A stretch of 64,000 bases of DNA from Parcubacteria bacterium C7867-007 (lineage in GTDB: Bacteria > Patescibacteriota > Minisyncoccia > Phycocordibacterales > Phycocordibacteraceae). The notes beneath the pieces were generated by a model that did no database searches, was not told where the DNA came from, and worked only from the letters and a program-made list of their open reading frames with translations. The position numbers were made by a program, and so were the translations under genes. Below, in pieces: positions 46,289 through 56,218 of this stretch. The DNA lies in assembly GCA_001189195.1 (NCBI GenBank), contig LFCQ01000002.1, positions 68,997 to 132,996 on the forward strand, written 5' to 3'. Within the stretch, counting starts at the first letter, position 1; each line of letters starts with the position of its first letter.

Positions 46289-47674
46289 ATGGAAAAGAAA
46301 CCTATTACCCTCGACACTATCATTGCGCTTTCTAAGCGTCGTGGATTTATATTCCCTGGCTCCGAAGTATACGGAGGACTCGCAGGAACATTTGATTATG
46401 GGCCTCTCGGTCTTGCACTAAAGAAGAATATTGAGAATCTGTGGTGGCGCACATTCGTTGACTTGCGTGACGACATGTACGGTATTGAGTCTGCAATACT
46501 CATGAATCCAAAGGTATGGGAGACAAGTGGGCACGTGGGTGGTTTCAATGACCCGCTGGTTATCGATCAGAAAACAAATAAGCGGTACCGTGCAGACCAC
46601 CTTCTAGAAGAGGCAGGCGTTGATGTGGCAGGTATGTCGCTCGCTGATATGGGTGCAGCGATAGCTGAAAAGGGAATCAAGAGCCCTGAAGGTAATCCGC
46701 TATCTGACCCACAGCAGTTCAACATGATGTTCAAGACATCAGTAGGTTCTATTGAAGGTGGTGAGATGCCGGTATACCTCCGCCCAGAAACAGCTCAGGG
46801 TATGTTTGTGAACTTTAAGAATATTCAGGACTCCTATCACCCGAAGCTTCCATTTGGTATTGCACAGATCGGTACCTCGTTCCGTAACGAGATCGCGCCA
46901 CGTGAGTTCCTCTTCCGTGTACGCGAACTCGAGATCATGGAACTTGAATACTTTATAACTGAGGCTGAATGGGAACCATTATTTGAACAGTGGCGCACTC
47001 AGATGCTCGCTTGGTTCTCTGCAATTGGATACGCAGCAGATGACATAAAGGAAGTGGAGGTTGAGGGTGGCGATCTTGCACACTACTCAAAGCGTACTCT
47101 CGACTTCTATTTCAAATATCCAGGTGGATATAAAGAAATTGGAGGTCTTGCATACCGCACCGACTTCGACCTTTCAAATCACATGGAAGCAACAAAGGAA
47201 GATCTGCGATATCTCGATCCTGAGACAGGAGAAAAGACCGTGCCTCATGTAATTGAGCCAACGTTCGGCCTCGGTCGCCATGTGCTTGCAAGTCTTGTTG
47301 CTGCATATGACGAAGATGATCTTGGTGGGGAGACACGTGTTGTACTTCGTCTTCCTCCTGCAATTGCACCGATTAAAGCAATGGTGGCGCCACTCCTTAA
47401 GAACAAACCAGAACTGGTTGCAAAGGCGCGTGAAGTTCGTGCTGAACTTCAGAAAATACACCCTGCAATTGCATGGGATGATAACGGAAATGTGGGTAAG
47501 CGGTATCGCCGTCAGGATGAGATCGGAACTCCATTCTGCATCACCATAGACTTCGATACGTTAGGGGAGAATCCTGATCTTCTTGATACCGTAACCCTCC
47601 GACACCGCGATACTGGAGAGCAGGAACGCCTTACCGTTGCTGAAGTGGCTGAGCGTATCCGTACCAGCCTCTAA
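46289..47674 (+). CDS. glyQS: Glycine--tRNA ligase (alpha2 type)
   Basis: KRRGF, YLRPETAQG, SFRNEI, HVIEP, GKRYRRQDEIGTP. Confidence 0.95.
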   Translation: MEKKPITLDTIIALSKRRGFIFPGSEVYGGLAGTFDYGPLGLALKKNIENLWWRTFVDLRDDMYGIESAILMNPKVWETSGHVGGFNDPLVIDQKTNKRYRADHLLEEAGVDVAGMSLADMGAAIAEKGIKSPEGNPLSDPQQFNMMFKTSVGSIEGGEMPVYLRPETAQGMFVNFKNIQDSYHPKLPFGIAQIGTSFRNEIAPREFLFRVRELEIMELEYFITEAEWEPLFEQWRTQMLAWFSAIGYAADDIKEVEVEGGDLAHYSKRTLDFYFKYPGGYKEIGGLAYRTDFDLSNHMEATKEDLRYLDPETGEKTVPHVIEPTFGLGRHVLASLVAAYDEDDLGGETRVVLRLPPAIAPIKAMVAPLLKNKPELVAKAREVRAELQKIHPAIAWDDNGNVGKRYRRQDEIGTPFCITIDFDTLGENPDLLDTVTLRHRDTGEQERLTVAEVAERIRTSL

Positions 47675-47699
47675 ACGTCCATTGTGCTAGCATAGGGAT

Positions 47700-48749
47700 A
47701 TGGAAAAGCATACTTCTATCTCAATCACGTCGGGCACCTTTGTGCGGGCTATATTCATAGCGGCAGTCGCATACATGGCTTGGATACTCAGAGATCTCGT
47801 ACTTCTGGTTATTACGGCCATTGTTATCGCAACCGCTATTGAGCCAGGTGTGGTCTTCTTTATGAAGCGGAAGATTCCTCGCATCATTTCCGTTGTGGTG
47901 ATGTATGCAATTGTGCTCGGTTCACTTTTCAGTATCACGTATTTCTTCCTCCCACCGATACTTGCTGACGCACAGGGTGTGGTGACGCAGCTCCCACAGT
48001 ATCTAGAATCATTTAATCTTCCAATGCTCGGTATCCCTGAACTGACCCCGATTACCGCACAAGGGGGAAGTCTCCAGTCTCTACTTGAAACTATCTTCTC
48101 GTATCGCACCGCATTTGCAGATAGCTCTGAAGGCGCACTACGACTTGCCTCAGTGATCTTCGGTGGACTCTTCTCGTTGATACTGGTGATAGTGCTTTCG
48201 TTCTACTTCGCACTGCAAGAAACGGGTGTTGAAGACTTCCTTCGTCTCGTGACCCCTTCACGGCAAGAGGACTACATTGTTGGTTTGTGGCACCGTGCAC
48301 AAAAGAAGATAGGGCAATGGATGCAAGGCCAATTGTTACTCTCACTTATTGTGGGTGTGACGGTATATCTGGGTCTGCTTATTCTGGGTGTCCCTTATGC
48401 ACTTTTCCTCGCGATCATGGCAGCAGTCTTCGATCTCATTCCTATCTTCGGCTCATTCATTGCAGGTATAGCAGCAGCCATAATCGCATTCGCATCAGGT
48501 GGGTTTGCACTAGCGCTGCTTGTAGCCGGCTTGTACTTCATTGTTAATCAATTTGAGGCACATCTTATCTACCCACTAGTCGTGAACAAGGTAGTTGGTA
48601 TTCCGCCACTTCTCGTTATCCTCGCACTTATCGCGGGCGGCACCCTTATCGGATTCCTTGGCGTACTTCTCTCAGTACCATTCGCTGCAGTACTTCGTGA
48701 GTTCCTTAACGACTACGATCAGCACAAGCGTTCGGCCGTTACTGCATAA
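47700..48749 (+). CDS. AI-2E family transporter
   Basis: Multi-TM; IGQWMQGQ, IPIFG, QFEAHLIYP, GVLLSVP. Confidence 0.9.
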   Translation: MEKHTSISITSGTFVRAIFIAAVAYMAWILRDLVLLVITAIVIATAIEPGVVFFMKRKIPRIISVVVMYAIVLGSLFSITYFFLPPILADAQGVVTQLPQYLESFNLPMLGIPELTPITAQGGSLQSLLETIFSYRTAFADSSEGALRLASVIFGGLFSLILVIVLSFYFALQETGVEDFLRLVTPSRQEDYIVGLWHRAQKKIGQWMQGQLLLSLIVGVTVYLGLLILGVPYALFLAIMAAVFDLIPIFGSFIAGIAAAIIAFASGGFALALLVAGLYFIVNQFEAHLIYPLVVNKVVGIPPLLVILALIAGGTLIGFLGVLLSVPFAAVLREFLNDYDQHKRSAVTA

Positions 48750-48761
48750 GCAGTCCTCTGT

Positions 48762-50192
48762 ATGGCTCGCTACATCACCTCCACGCTTCCATACGTGAAT
48801 GCGGATCCGCACATCGGCTTCGCACATGAAATTCTTCAAGCGGATGTATTGGCCCGTACCTGGCGCATGAATGGGGAAGAGGTGTTCTTCAATACTGGTA
48901 CCGACGAACATGGCCAGAAGATTCTGCAGGCAGCAGAGAAAGAAGGGAAGGATGTTCAAGCATATACTGATCACTTCGCCGCGCAGTTTGAGAAACTAAA
49001 GGGTGCACTCGCTATCTCAAACGATGCCTTCATTCGCACCAGCAACCCAAAGCATGTTGAGGCAGCGCAAGAGATGTGGAAACGTTGTGAGAAGGATATA
49101 TATAAGAAGTCCTATTCAGGACTGTACTGCGTTGGGTGTGAATCTTTTAAGACTGAGAAAGATATCGTGGGCGGTATGTGCGTTATTCATACCAACATGG
49201 AGCTGCAGGAGATTGCAGAAGAAAACTACTTCTTCAAACTCTCTAACCATCAAGACTATCTTCTTGAGTATCTAAGTAACAAGGACGTAATCATTCCTGA
49301 GTGGCGTCGCGAAGAGGCAATTACCTTTGTGAAAGGCGGTCTTGAGGACTTTAGTATCTCTCGTGAGAAAGCAAAGCTCTCGTGGGGTGTGCCCGTACCC
49401 GGTGATGACACTCAAGTGATGTATGTGTGGTTCGATGCTCTCACTAGCTACATCTCCACACTAGGTTGGCCGTCTGACCAAGAAGGGAAGTTTAAGAAGT
49501 TCTGGGAAGAAGGAAAGACTCTTCAGCTTGGTGGAAAAGATCAGGTTCGTTTCCAGTCCGTTATGTGGCAAGCCATGCTTAAGTCTGCAGGCATAAAACA
49601 CACCGACCAGGTGTTCTATCAGGGATTCATAAACTCCGGAGGACAAAAGATGTCCAAGTCCTTGGGTAACGTTATCAGTCCATTTGAGTTGGTTGATAAG
49701 TATGGCACTGAAGCAACACGATACATTCTGCTTCGTCATGTTCATCCTATAGAAGATTCTGATGTCACCTGGGAGCGCATGGATGAGTGGTACACTGCAA
49801 ACCTGGTCAATGGCCTGGGTAACCTGGTGGCGCGAGTAATGAAGCTCGCAGAGTCACATCTATCTCAGCCCGTTGAAATCACTGAAGAGGATCTTCGTGT
49901 TGAAGATGCATTCCTCGCGCACATTGATGCGTTCCAATTCCAAATGGCAATGGATCTTGTGTTCGAACACATCTCAAAGGGTGATGAGTATATGACCGAG
50001 AACGAGCCGTATAAGAAGGTTAAAGACCCAGCAACAGAAGCTGAGGCTCGTGCCATGATCGAGAATCTCGTACATCACGTAGTGAAAGTTGCTGTGCATT
50101 TGCAGACTGTGATGCCTGAGACAGCAGAATCAATTCTTTCTGCAGTACGCACAAACAGGAAGCCGGAGAATCTATTCCCACGTCTCGCATAG
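48762..50192 (+). CDS. metG: Methionine--tRNA ligase (no C-terminal tRNA-binding domain)
   Basis: YVNADPHIG, TGTDEHG, YVWFDAL, KMSKSLGN. Confidence 0.95.
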   Translation: MARYITSTLPYVNADPHIGFAHEILQADVLARTWRMNGEEVFFNTGTDEHGQKILQAAEKEGKDVQAYTDHFAAQFEKLKGALAISNDAFIRTSNPKHVEAAQEMWKRCEKDIYKKSYSGLYCVGCESFKTEKDIVGGMCVIHTNMELQEIAEENYFFKLSNHQDYLLEYLSNKDVIIPEWRREEAITFVKGGLEDFSISREKAKLSWGVPVPGDDTQVMYVWFDALTSYISTLGWPSDQEGKFKKFWEEGKTLQLGGKDQVRFQSVMWQAMLKSAGIKHTDQVFYQGFINSGGQKMSKSLGNVISPFELVDKYGTEATRYILLRHVHPIEDSDVTWERMDEWYTANLVNGLGNLVARVMKLAESHLSQPVEITEEDLRVEDAFLAHIDAFQFQMAMDLVFEHISKGDEYMTENEPYKKVKDPATEAEARAMIENLVHHVVKVAVHLQTVMPETAESILSAVRTNRKPENLFPRLA

Positions 50193-50203
50193 GTTTCAGA
50201 CGT

Positions 50204-51013
50204 ATGAAGTATTTCGATGCACATTGCCACATACAGTTCGACGCATATGATGCAGACCGCGAAGAACTCGTCCGTTCAATGGATGAGCAAGGTGTTGGTG
50301 GACTAGTGGTTGGTGTTGATCGTGTTTCTTCTGAACAGGCTATTAAGCTTGTTGAGAAACATGAGTCACTTTTTGCTGCAGTTGGACTTCACCCGAATGA
50401 TTGTCCCGAAGAAGTCTTTACTGTTTCTTTGTACCGAGAACTAGCATCACACCCCAAAGTACTCGCCATAGGGGAGTGTGGTTTAGATAACTATCGCCCT
50501 GAAGACCCGGAGGCAACAAAAAGGAAACAGCGAGAAGTGTTTGAGCAACATGTGCAACTTGCCATCGAGACAGACAAGCCGCTCATGATTCACTCACGTC
50601 CTTCCAAAGGAACGCAGGACGCGTACGAAGACACCATCGACATTCTTAAGAGCTATAAGCGGGAACACGGAGATAAGGTACGGGGTGATATGCACTTCTT
50701 TGTAGGTGGGGTAGAGGAGGCTCGCCAGTTTGTGGATCTAGACTTCACCCTCTCCTATACCGCCGTCCTAACCTTCACTCAGGACTATGACGAGGTGGTC
50801 CGTTTTGCACCCCTCACACACCTTCTTTCCGAGACCGATTCACCGTATGTGGCACCGGCACCTAACCGCGGAAAGCGTAACGATCCACGTGCTGTACAGG
50901 CAGTTATTGGGGCCATAGCGCGTATACGAGGCGAAGATGAGGAAATGGTACGAGATCAGGTGCTCCAGAACGCTGAGCGGCTCTTTGGGGCAACCTTGCG
51001 GGGCCTAAAATAG
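50204..51013 (+). CDS. tatD: TatD family hydrolase
   Basis: DAHCH, GLHP, IGECGLD, IHSR, ETDSPY. Confidence 0.93.
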   Translation: MKYFDAHCHIQFDAYDADREELVRSMDEQGVGGLVVGVDRVSSEQAIKLVEKHESLFAAVGLHPNDCPEEVFTVSLYRELASHPKVLAIGECGLDNYRPEDPEATKRKQREVFEQHVQLAIETDKPLMIHSRPSKGTQDAYEDTIDILKSYKREHGDKVRGDMHFFVGGVEEARQFVDLDFTLSYTAVLTFTQDYDEVVRFAPLTHLLSETDSPYVAPAPNRGKRNDPRAVQAVIGAIARIRGEDEEMVRDQVLQNAERLFGATLRGLK

Positions 51014-51033
51014 CGTGGTAGTATCGCCCTATT

Positions 51034-51525
51034 ATGGCTACTGAGAAGATTTCAACCGAGGAAGAGGTCCTCGACACCGACCACGCTGAACAGCGTGTAT
51101 ATGAGCTAGGTTTCCACCTTGATCCGGAACTTCCGGAGACTGAGGTAAAGAAGAGCTACCAGGCACTTCGTGATCTCATTGCTGGAAAGGGTACTGTTAT
51201 CGCTGAGGGTGAACCAACTAAGATTCCCCTCGCATATACCATTTCTCGTACTGAAACAGGTGTTGGTCGCCGTGACTTTGATAGCGCATTCTTCTGCTGG
51301 ATTGCCTATGAGGTAACTGGTGCTGATCATGCTGAAGTCGTGGCTGCTGCCAACGAAGAGAAGCGTATTATTCGCTTCCTCGACCTCCGTACCACCAAGG
51401 AAGAAGCAAAGCACTCTGAGGAGATGCAGGCTATCTTCGCTCAGATGGCAAACGATGACGTAGCTCCTGAGGAGGAGACCGTTTCTGAGACTGAGCTCGA
51501 TGCAGCTCTAAAGGAGGTTGTATAA
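51034..51525 (+). CDS. rpsF: 30S ribosomal protein S6
   Basis: YELGFHL, LAYTI, IIRFL; rpsF-ssb-rpsR synteny. Confidence 0.85.
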   Translation: MATEKISTEEEVLDTDHAEQRVYELGFHLDPELPETEVKKSYQALRDLIAGKGTVIAEGEPTKIPLAYTISRTETGVGRRDFDSAFFCWIAYEVTGADHAEVVAAANEEKRIIRFLDLRTTKEEAKHSEEMQAIFAQMANDDVAPEEETVSETELDAALKEVV

Positions 51526-51658
51526 AGCCCAACTAAAGGGGTTATAAGAACGAACCGACCACTAGGTCGGTTTTTTCTTAAGGGACGGTACTAGCATCTA
51601 GGCAGGGGAACCGTGGCTGGTATACTTAGTACAAGACCTAAAAATCAGCCAAATCACT

Positions 51659-52159
51659 ATGTATCTCAACAAAGTACTGCTCTACGGAAACCTTACTCGC
51701 GACCCTGAACTCCGTGCTATCCCTTCAGGACAGCAAGTAGCATCGTTTGGTATTGCAACCAACCGCACCTTCAAGAATAAGGAAGGACAGCAGCAAGACC
51801 AGACCGAATTTCATAACATTGTTGCTTTCGGACGCACAGCTGAAGTGATGGGGCAGTACCTTAAGAAAGGTCGCCCGGTATACATTGAAGGACGCATCCA
51901 GACTCGCTCTTGGGATAAAGACGGAGCTAAGCAGTACCGCACAGAGATCGTGGTAGATAGCTTCCAGTTTGGTCCTCAGGCAGGCGGCACCGATGGTGCA
52001 CGTTCTGGTGGCAACAGCGCTCCTGCAGGAAATGCTGCAAGTACTAACCGTGCAGCAAGCATTGCACCTGAAACAGGCGGTGTAGACGACTTTGGGGGCA
52101 CCGGTGATGCTATTCAGTACCCTGATGACGAGATAAATCCTGAGGATATTCCTTTCTAG
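51659..52159 (+). CDS. ssb: Single-stranded DNA-binding protein
   Basis: [18 protein letters not shown]-terminal EDIPF. Confidence 0.97.
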   Translation: MYLNKVLLYGNLTRDPELRAIPSGQQVASFGIATNRTFKNKEGQQQDQTEFHNIVAFGRTAEVMGQYLKKGRPVYIEGRIQTRSWDKDGAKQYRTEIVVDSFQFGPQAGGTDGARSGGNSAPAGNAASTNRAASIAPETGGVDDFGGTGDAIQYPDDEINPEDIPF

Positions 52160-52225
52160 CCCCTACGTACGGCACCATTGCAAAATAGGGCCGAATCAGA
52201 TAGGCTAGAGCAACTAACCACCTAT

Positions 52226-52432
52226 ATGGCATATCAATCAGAACGCGAGGAGATCGAGCACAAGAAATTCGTAGACTACAAGGATGTAGCGTACCTACGT
52301 CAGTTCACGAATACTCACGCTAAGATCATGGCTAAGAAGCGCACTGGCGTATCTGCTAGTCGCCAACGAGAAATCGCTATGGCGATCAAGCGTGCCCGTT
52401 TCATGGGACTTCTCCCATACCTCTCTGCGTAA
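52226..52432 (+). CDS. rpsR: 30S ribosomal protein S18
   Basis: VDYKDV, RTG, QREIAMAIKRARFMGLLPY. Confidence 0.95.
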   Translation: MAYQSEREEIEHKKFVDYKDVAYLRQFTNTHAKIMAKKRTGVSASRQREIAMAIKRARFMGLLPYLSA

Positions 52433-52535
52433 ATCGCACAAAAAACAACAGGCTCGAAAGGGCCTGTTGTTTTTTCATAACAGGTCTACAATGCACTGCA
52501 GGGATAAGGTACATACATAGCTTGGGGAGAAACAG

Positions 52536-52934
52536 ATGTTTTTTGGAGCGATCATTGCTGTTGCTGTGGCCACGGCACCAGCTACAAATGGGGAACGATT
52601 CAGTCGACGTGAAGCAATAGAAGCTGCTGCGTATTGCCTGGGATGGGCTACTCCGGTGGCAAAGGCCCTCCCAAACAATATGGCGGTGCAGAAGAACCTG
52701 AAGGGCCATCTGACGATGATTAACGGAATCGTCGTCAAACCAACAGTAAAGTCCTGTGGGGCACCCTACGTCATGCCGCAGTTTCAGCAGAAAACGGGCG
52801 ATACGGTTCTTGGGCTTGTTGCGCTTAAGACGGGAGAATCGGACGAATACCTCTACCACCTACTTGTTGACCTCGGACCTGATGCAGATGGCGTTCATCG
52901 CTTCATTGGTCAGGTCGCGGTCGAAGACGAGTAA
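52536..52934 (+). CDS. Hypothetical, probably exported protein
   Basis: Hydrophobic N-terminus; GGGGAG SD; terminator downstream. Confidence 0.6.
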   Translation: MFFGAIIAVAVATAPATNGERFSRREAIEAAAYCLGWATPVAKALPNNMAVQKNLKGHLTMINGIVVKPTVKSCGAPYVMPQFQQKTGDTVLGLVALKTGESDEYLYHLLVDLGPDADGVHRFIGQVAVEDE

Positions 52935-53003
52935 GTGACCATAGGGGAAAAGAAAATGACCCGCTTCGGAGAGGCGGGTCATTCACTTATTTTGTAGTCC
53001 CCA

Positions 53004-53579
53004 TTATGCCTTCTCCATGCGTTCTGTATATTCACCGGTATCAGTATTAATACGGAGAACATCGCCCTCATTAATAAACATAGGGGTGCTGATGGTTGCA
53101 CCAGATTCAACCGTTACGTACTTGCTACCTCCTGTCGCGGTGTCTCCCTTAACCGCAGGAGCTGCCTCTGTGACCTTCAGATCAACCTTGATAGGAATCT
53201 TCACCGTTGCTGGTTTATCCTTGTACGTCATCACTTCAACCGGAGCATTTTGAATGAGCCACTGCACTTTGTCGTGTACCGCTTCCTCAGGGAAGGAGAA
53301 GCGGTTCTTTGGATTTCCTTCCTCTGCAAACCAAGACTCGCCGCGGTTGGTGTACAGGTAGTTGGCACTAATGGTTGCTATATCTGCTTCAGGAACGTTC
53401 TCATTCTGATGGAAGGAGATCTCTGTCACTTTGCCAGAGATAAGGTGACGAAGCTTGGTCTGGTTAACCGGCTTGCGCTGCTGCATACGGAATACGTGGG
53501 ACGAGAGTACTTCGTACGGCTCGTTATTGTATTCGATAACCTTCTTCTGAACGATCTCGTTATAGGAAAGGATTGCCAT
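53004..53579 (-). CDS. efp: Elongation factor P
   Basis: KGDTATGGSK, ESGA...PMFINEGD..INTDTGEY.ER. Confidence 0.93.
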   Translation of the reverse strand: MAILSYNEIVQKKVIEYNNEPYEVLSSHVFRMQQRKPVNQTKLRHLISGKVTEISFHQNENVPEADIATISANYLYTNRGESWFAEEGNPKNRFSFPEEAVHDKVQWLIQNAPVEVMTYKDKPATVKIPIKVDLKVTEAAPAVKGDTATGGSKYVTVESGATISTPMFINEGDVLRINTDTGEYTERMEKA

Positions 53580-53674
53580 GATTGATTCAGCTAGTAACCG
53601 GAGCGGGTCCGGTGGCGTTATAAAAGATGCCAGCCAGTTAGGTCTGGGTGACGAGTAACGGTATGATACAGGAC

Positions 53675-54259
53675 GTGGGACGCAAGTCTAGTATATGGGG
53701 GGTTGAATGGACGGAAGCTTCGGATGAAGTGGTGCTTTCGGAGTCCCGTACACGCCCGGAGCTTTTTGAGCTCTTGGTAGATCGATACCAGGATGCCTTT
53801 CTACGTAAAGCAAAATCTATCCTATATCGTCAGGAAGATGCAGAAGAAATGGTGCAAGACACCTTCACACGCATATACCTCTATGCAGATCGATTCGTTC
53901 CGCAGGAAGGCGCACAGTTCTCATCATGGGCCTATGCCATCTTGATACGTCTCTGCTTCACGCGCTATCAGAAGATGAAGAAGGAGCGGGGCAGAACAAT
54001 GGAGCTCGAGCCTGAAGCATATGAGCGTATTGCAGATACCGAGGCCTTTCTCGATGATCTGACTATTCGGAATGAGGTATTAATGGCGCTTGCACGCATG
54101 CCGGAAACCGCAAGCCGCATTCTTCGGTTACAGTTTCTTGAGGGCAAGACCCAGGAAGAGATTGCCGTTATAGAAGGAGCTTCTGTTGCGGCCGTAAAAA
54201 CTCGAGTACACCGTGCAAAGAAATCTTTCAAAGAAGCATTTATATATGGAAAAAAATAA
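53675..54259 (+). CDS. ECF RNA polymerase sigma factor
   Basis: DAEEMVQDTF, FSSWAYAI, EEIA....SVAAVKTRVHRAK; GTG start 7 nt after TATGAT. Confidence 0.88.
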   Translation: MGRKSSIWGVEWTEASDEVVLSESRTRPELFELLVDRYQDAFLRKAKSILYRQEDAEEMVQDTFTRIYLYADRFVPQEGAQFSSWAYAILIRLCFTRYQKMKKERGRTMELEPEAYERIADTEAFLDDLTIRNEVLMALARMPETASRILRLQFLEGKTQEEIAVIEGASVAAVKTRVHRAKKSFKEAFIYGKK

Positions 54260-54599
54260 CACTAATCACTCAGAGCATATGTCCGATATACAAGCAGTGG
54301 TGATGCGACGCGTGCACACCATTCATGCCATACGTCCCTTGGTTAGCAGCACAATGCTCGCAGCACTACTTTCTCTCGGGTCTCTGTATATGGTGGGTAG
54401 GGAAGTGTGGGTAGCGAAGGTGTTTGTGAACATGCCAAACCCGTTGCATGTAGCGAGCACTCTCCGTTTCTTCGAGGCAGCATTCTTCAATACCACAACG
54501 GTTGTTCAGGTGTTGTGCATTGTTGTTGCCTTCAGTGTGGTCTGGATCCTGAGAGATTTGGTTCGTGTGCTTCGACTTCCAGAGTTGCGAATAGCATAG
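54246..54599 (+). CDS. Two-TM protein coupled to the ECF sigma (possible anti-sigma)
   Basis: Overlaps the sigma stop codon; two hydrophobic segments. Confidence 0.6.
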   Translation: MEKNNTNHSEHMSDIQAVVMRRVHTIHAIRPLVSSTMLAALLSLGSLYMVGREVWVAKVFVNMPNPLHVASTLRFFEAAFFNTTTVVQVLCIVVAFSVVWILRDLVRVLRLPELRIA

Positions 54600-54654
54600 A
54601 GCCAAATAAAAGAGAGACCGCACTTTGTGCGGTCTCTCTTTTATAAATAACTAA

Positions 54655-55785
54655 TTAATCTTCTGCGAGCTTTGCGCGAATCTGTTTAAGAATCTCATTT
54701 GCAACAGGCTTATTCTCACGAAGGAAGGTACGGGTAGCATCGTAGCCACGACCAAGCTTCGTTTCACCATAGCTGTAGCTTGAGCCTGACTTAGAAACGA
54801 TGTCGTACTTCTCACCGAGTGCGATGATTTCACCTTCACGAGAGATACCCTCGTTGTACATAAGATCGAATTCAGTTGTCTTGAATGGAGCAGCCACCTT
54901 GTTCTTCACCACCTTTACGCGTACACGACCTCCTACGACCTCCTCACCCTTCTTAATCTGTGCAATACGACGGATATCGAGACGTACAGAGGTGTAGAAC
55001 TTAAGTGCCTTTCCACCTGGAGTAGTTTCTGGGTTGCCGAACATCACACCAATCTGCATACGGATCTGGTTGATAAAGATAACAATAGTCTGAGACTTTG
55101 CGGTGATAGCGGTGAGTTTGCGGAGTGCTTGGCTCATGAGGCGTGCCTGCTTACCTACATGATGTGCGCCCATATCCCCCTCGATCTCATCCTTAGGGGT
55201 GAGCGCTGCTACGGAGTCTATAACGATCACTGACACAGAACCTGCACGAACAAGTGATTCAACGATCTCAAGTGCTTGTTCTCCGGTGTCTGGTTGAGAA
55301 ATAAGAAGTTCATCAAGCTTCACTCCAATCTTACGTGCGTACTCAGGATCAAGCGCGTGCTCTGCATCTACGAATGAACAGATGCCACCCTTCTTCTGCG
55401 CCTCTGCAATTACGTGAAGAGCAAGAGTGGTCTTGCCGGAAGACTCAGGACCAAAGATCTCAATGATGCGGCCGCAGGGCATACCACCGATACCAAGAGC
55501 TGCGTCGAGACCGATGGAGCCGGTAGGGATTGATGGCATAGCCGCTGGCTTGCCAGAACCGAAGGTCATGATTGCCTCATCACCGAACTTCGTTTTGATT
55601 TCCTTAATAGCAAGTTCAATTGATTTGCGCTTTGCTTCATCACCAACAGGCTGACTGCCATCTGCTTTAGATGATTTCTTTGAACTCTTACCCTCTTCTA
55701 GGACTTCAAGTTCTGAATCATCTTTATTGCGATCTATAGCAGATGATTTCATTGGTTTTTTTGTGGCTGATTTCTTTGCAGGCAT
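54655..55785 (-). CDS. recA: Recombinase RecA
   Basis: [35 protein letters not shown]. Confidence 0.98.
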   Translation of the reverse strand: MPAKKSATKKPMKSSAIDRNKDDSELEVLEEGKSSKKSSKADGSQPVGDEAKRKSIELAIKEIKTKFGDEAIMTFGSGKPAAMPSIPTGSIGLDAALGIGGMPCGRIIEIFGPESSGKTTLALHVIAEAQKKGGICSFVDAEHALDPEYARKIGVKLDELLISQPDTGEQALEIVESLVRAGSVSVIVIDSVAALTPKDEIEGDMGAHHVGKQARLMSQALRKLTAITAKSQTIVIFINQIRMQIGVMFGNPETTPGGKALKFYTSVRLDIRRIAQIKKGEEVVGGRVRVKVVKNKVAAPFKTTEFDLMYNEGISREGEIIALGEKYDIVSKSGSSYSYGETKLGRGYDATRTFLRENKPVANEILKQIRAKLAED

Positions 55786-55895
55786 AGCAGAATATATTAC
55801 GAATCTATATGAATATTGTACCGTTTTTCACCAAGGTATCTATCGAACAGGGGAGACTCAGAAAGCTTGTAATAAAGGGATATTTTAGGCTTTCT

Positions 55896-56216
55896 TCAGG
55901 GAACAATTATCTCCTTATCAACACTGGTCGTACGGCCGAAGCGATCCTTAGCTTTAAGGGTAAATGTGACACCTCCGCGGGGAAGGGTAAGGATTTTAGA
56001 GAACCGACCCTCCTCATCAATTAGCAGCGTGTTTCCGTTCAGGGTTAGTGTTTCAGTATGCAGGGCACGACCTGAAAGGGTAGTGAAGCCTTGGTTTGCA
56101 TCTGTGGTTATGGGATCGATACGAATCTCAGGACCACGCACAAGCGGGAAGGCTTTTATTGTCCCGTACCCAACAAGAAGGATAAGGGCTCCTGCAATTG
56201 CATAACGGAACTGCAT
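55896..56216 (-). CDS. Small membrane-anchored Ig-like protein
   Basis: TM then GP.I.I, LNG, G.F, AKDRFG. Confidence 0.7.
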   Translation of the reverse strand: MQFRYAIAGALILLVGYGTIKAFPLVRGPEIRIDPITTDANQGFTTLSGRALHTETLTLNGNTLLIDEEGRFSKILTLPRGGVTFTLKAKDRFGRTTSVDKEIIVP

Positions 56217-56218
56217 GA

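Noticed and set aside
53695-53706. G6 tract after an out-of-frame ATG suggesting phase variation of the ECF sigma factor
   Set aside because: An in-frame GTG at 53675 sits 7 nt after a TATGAT box, so no frameshift is needed.
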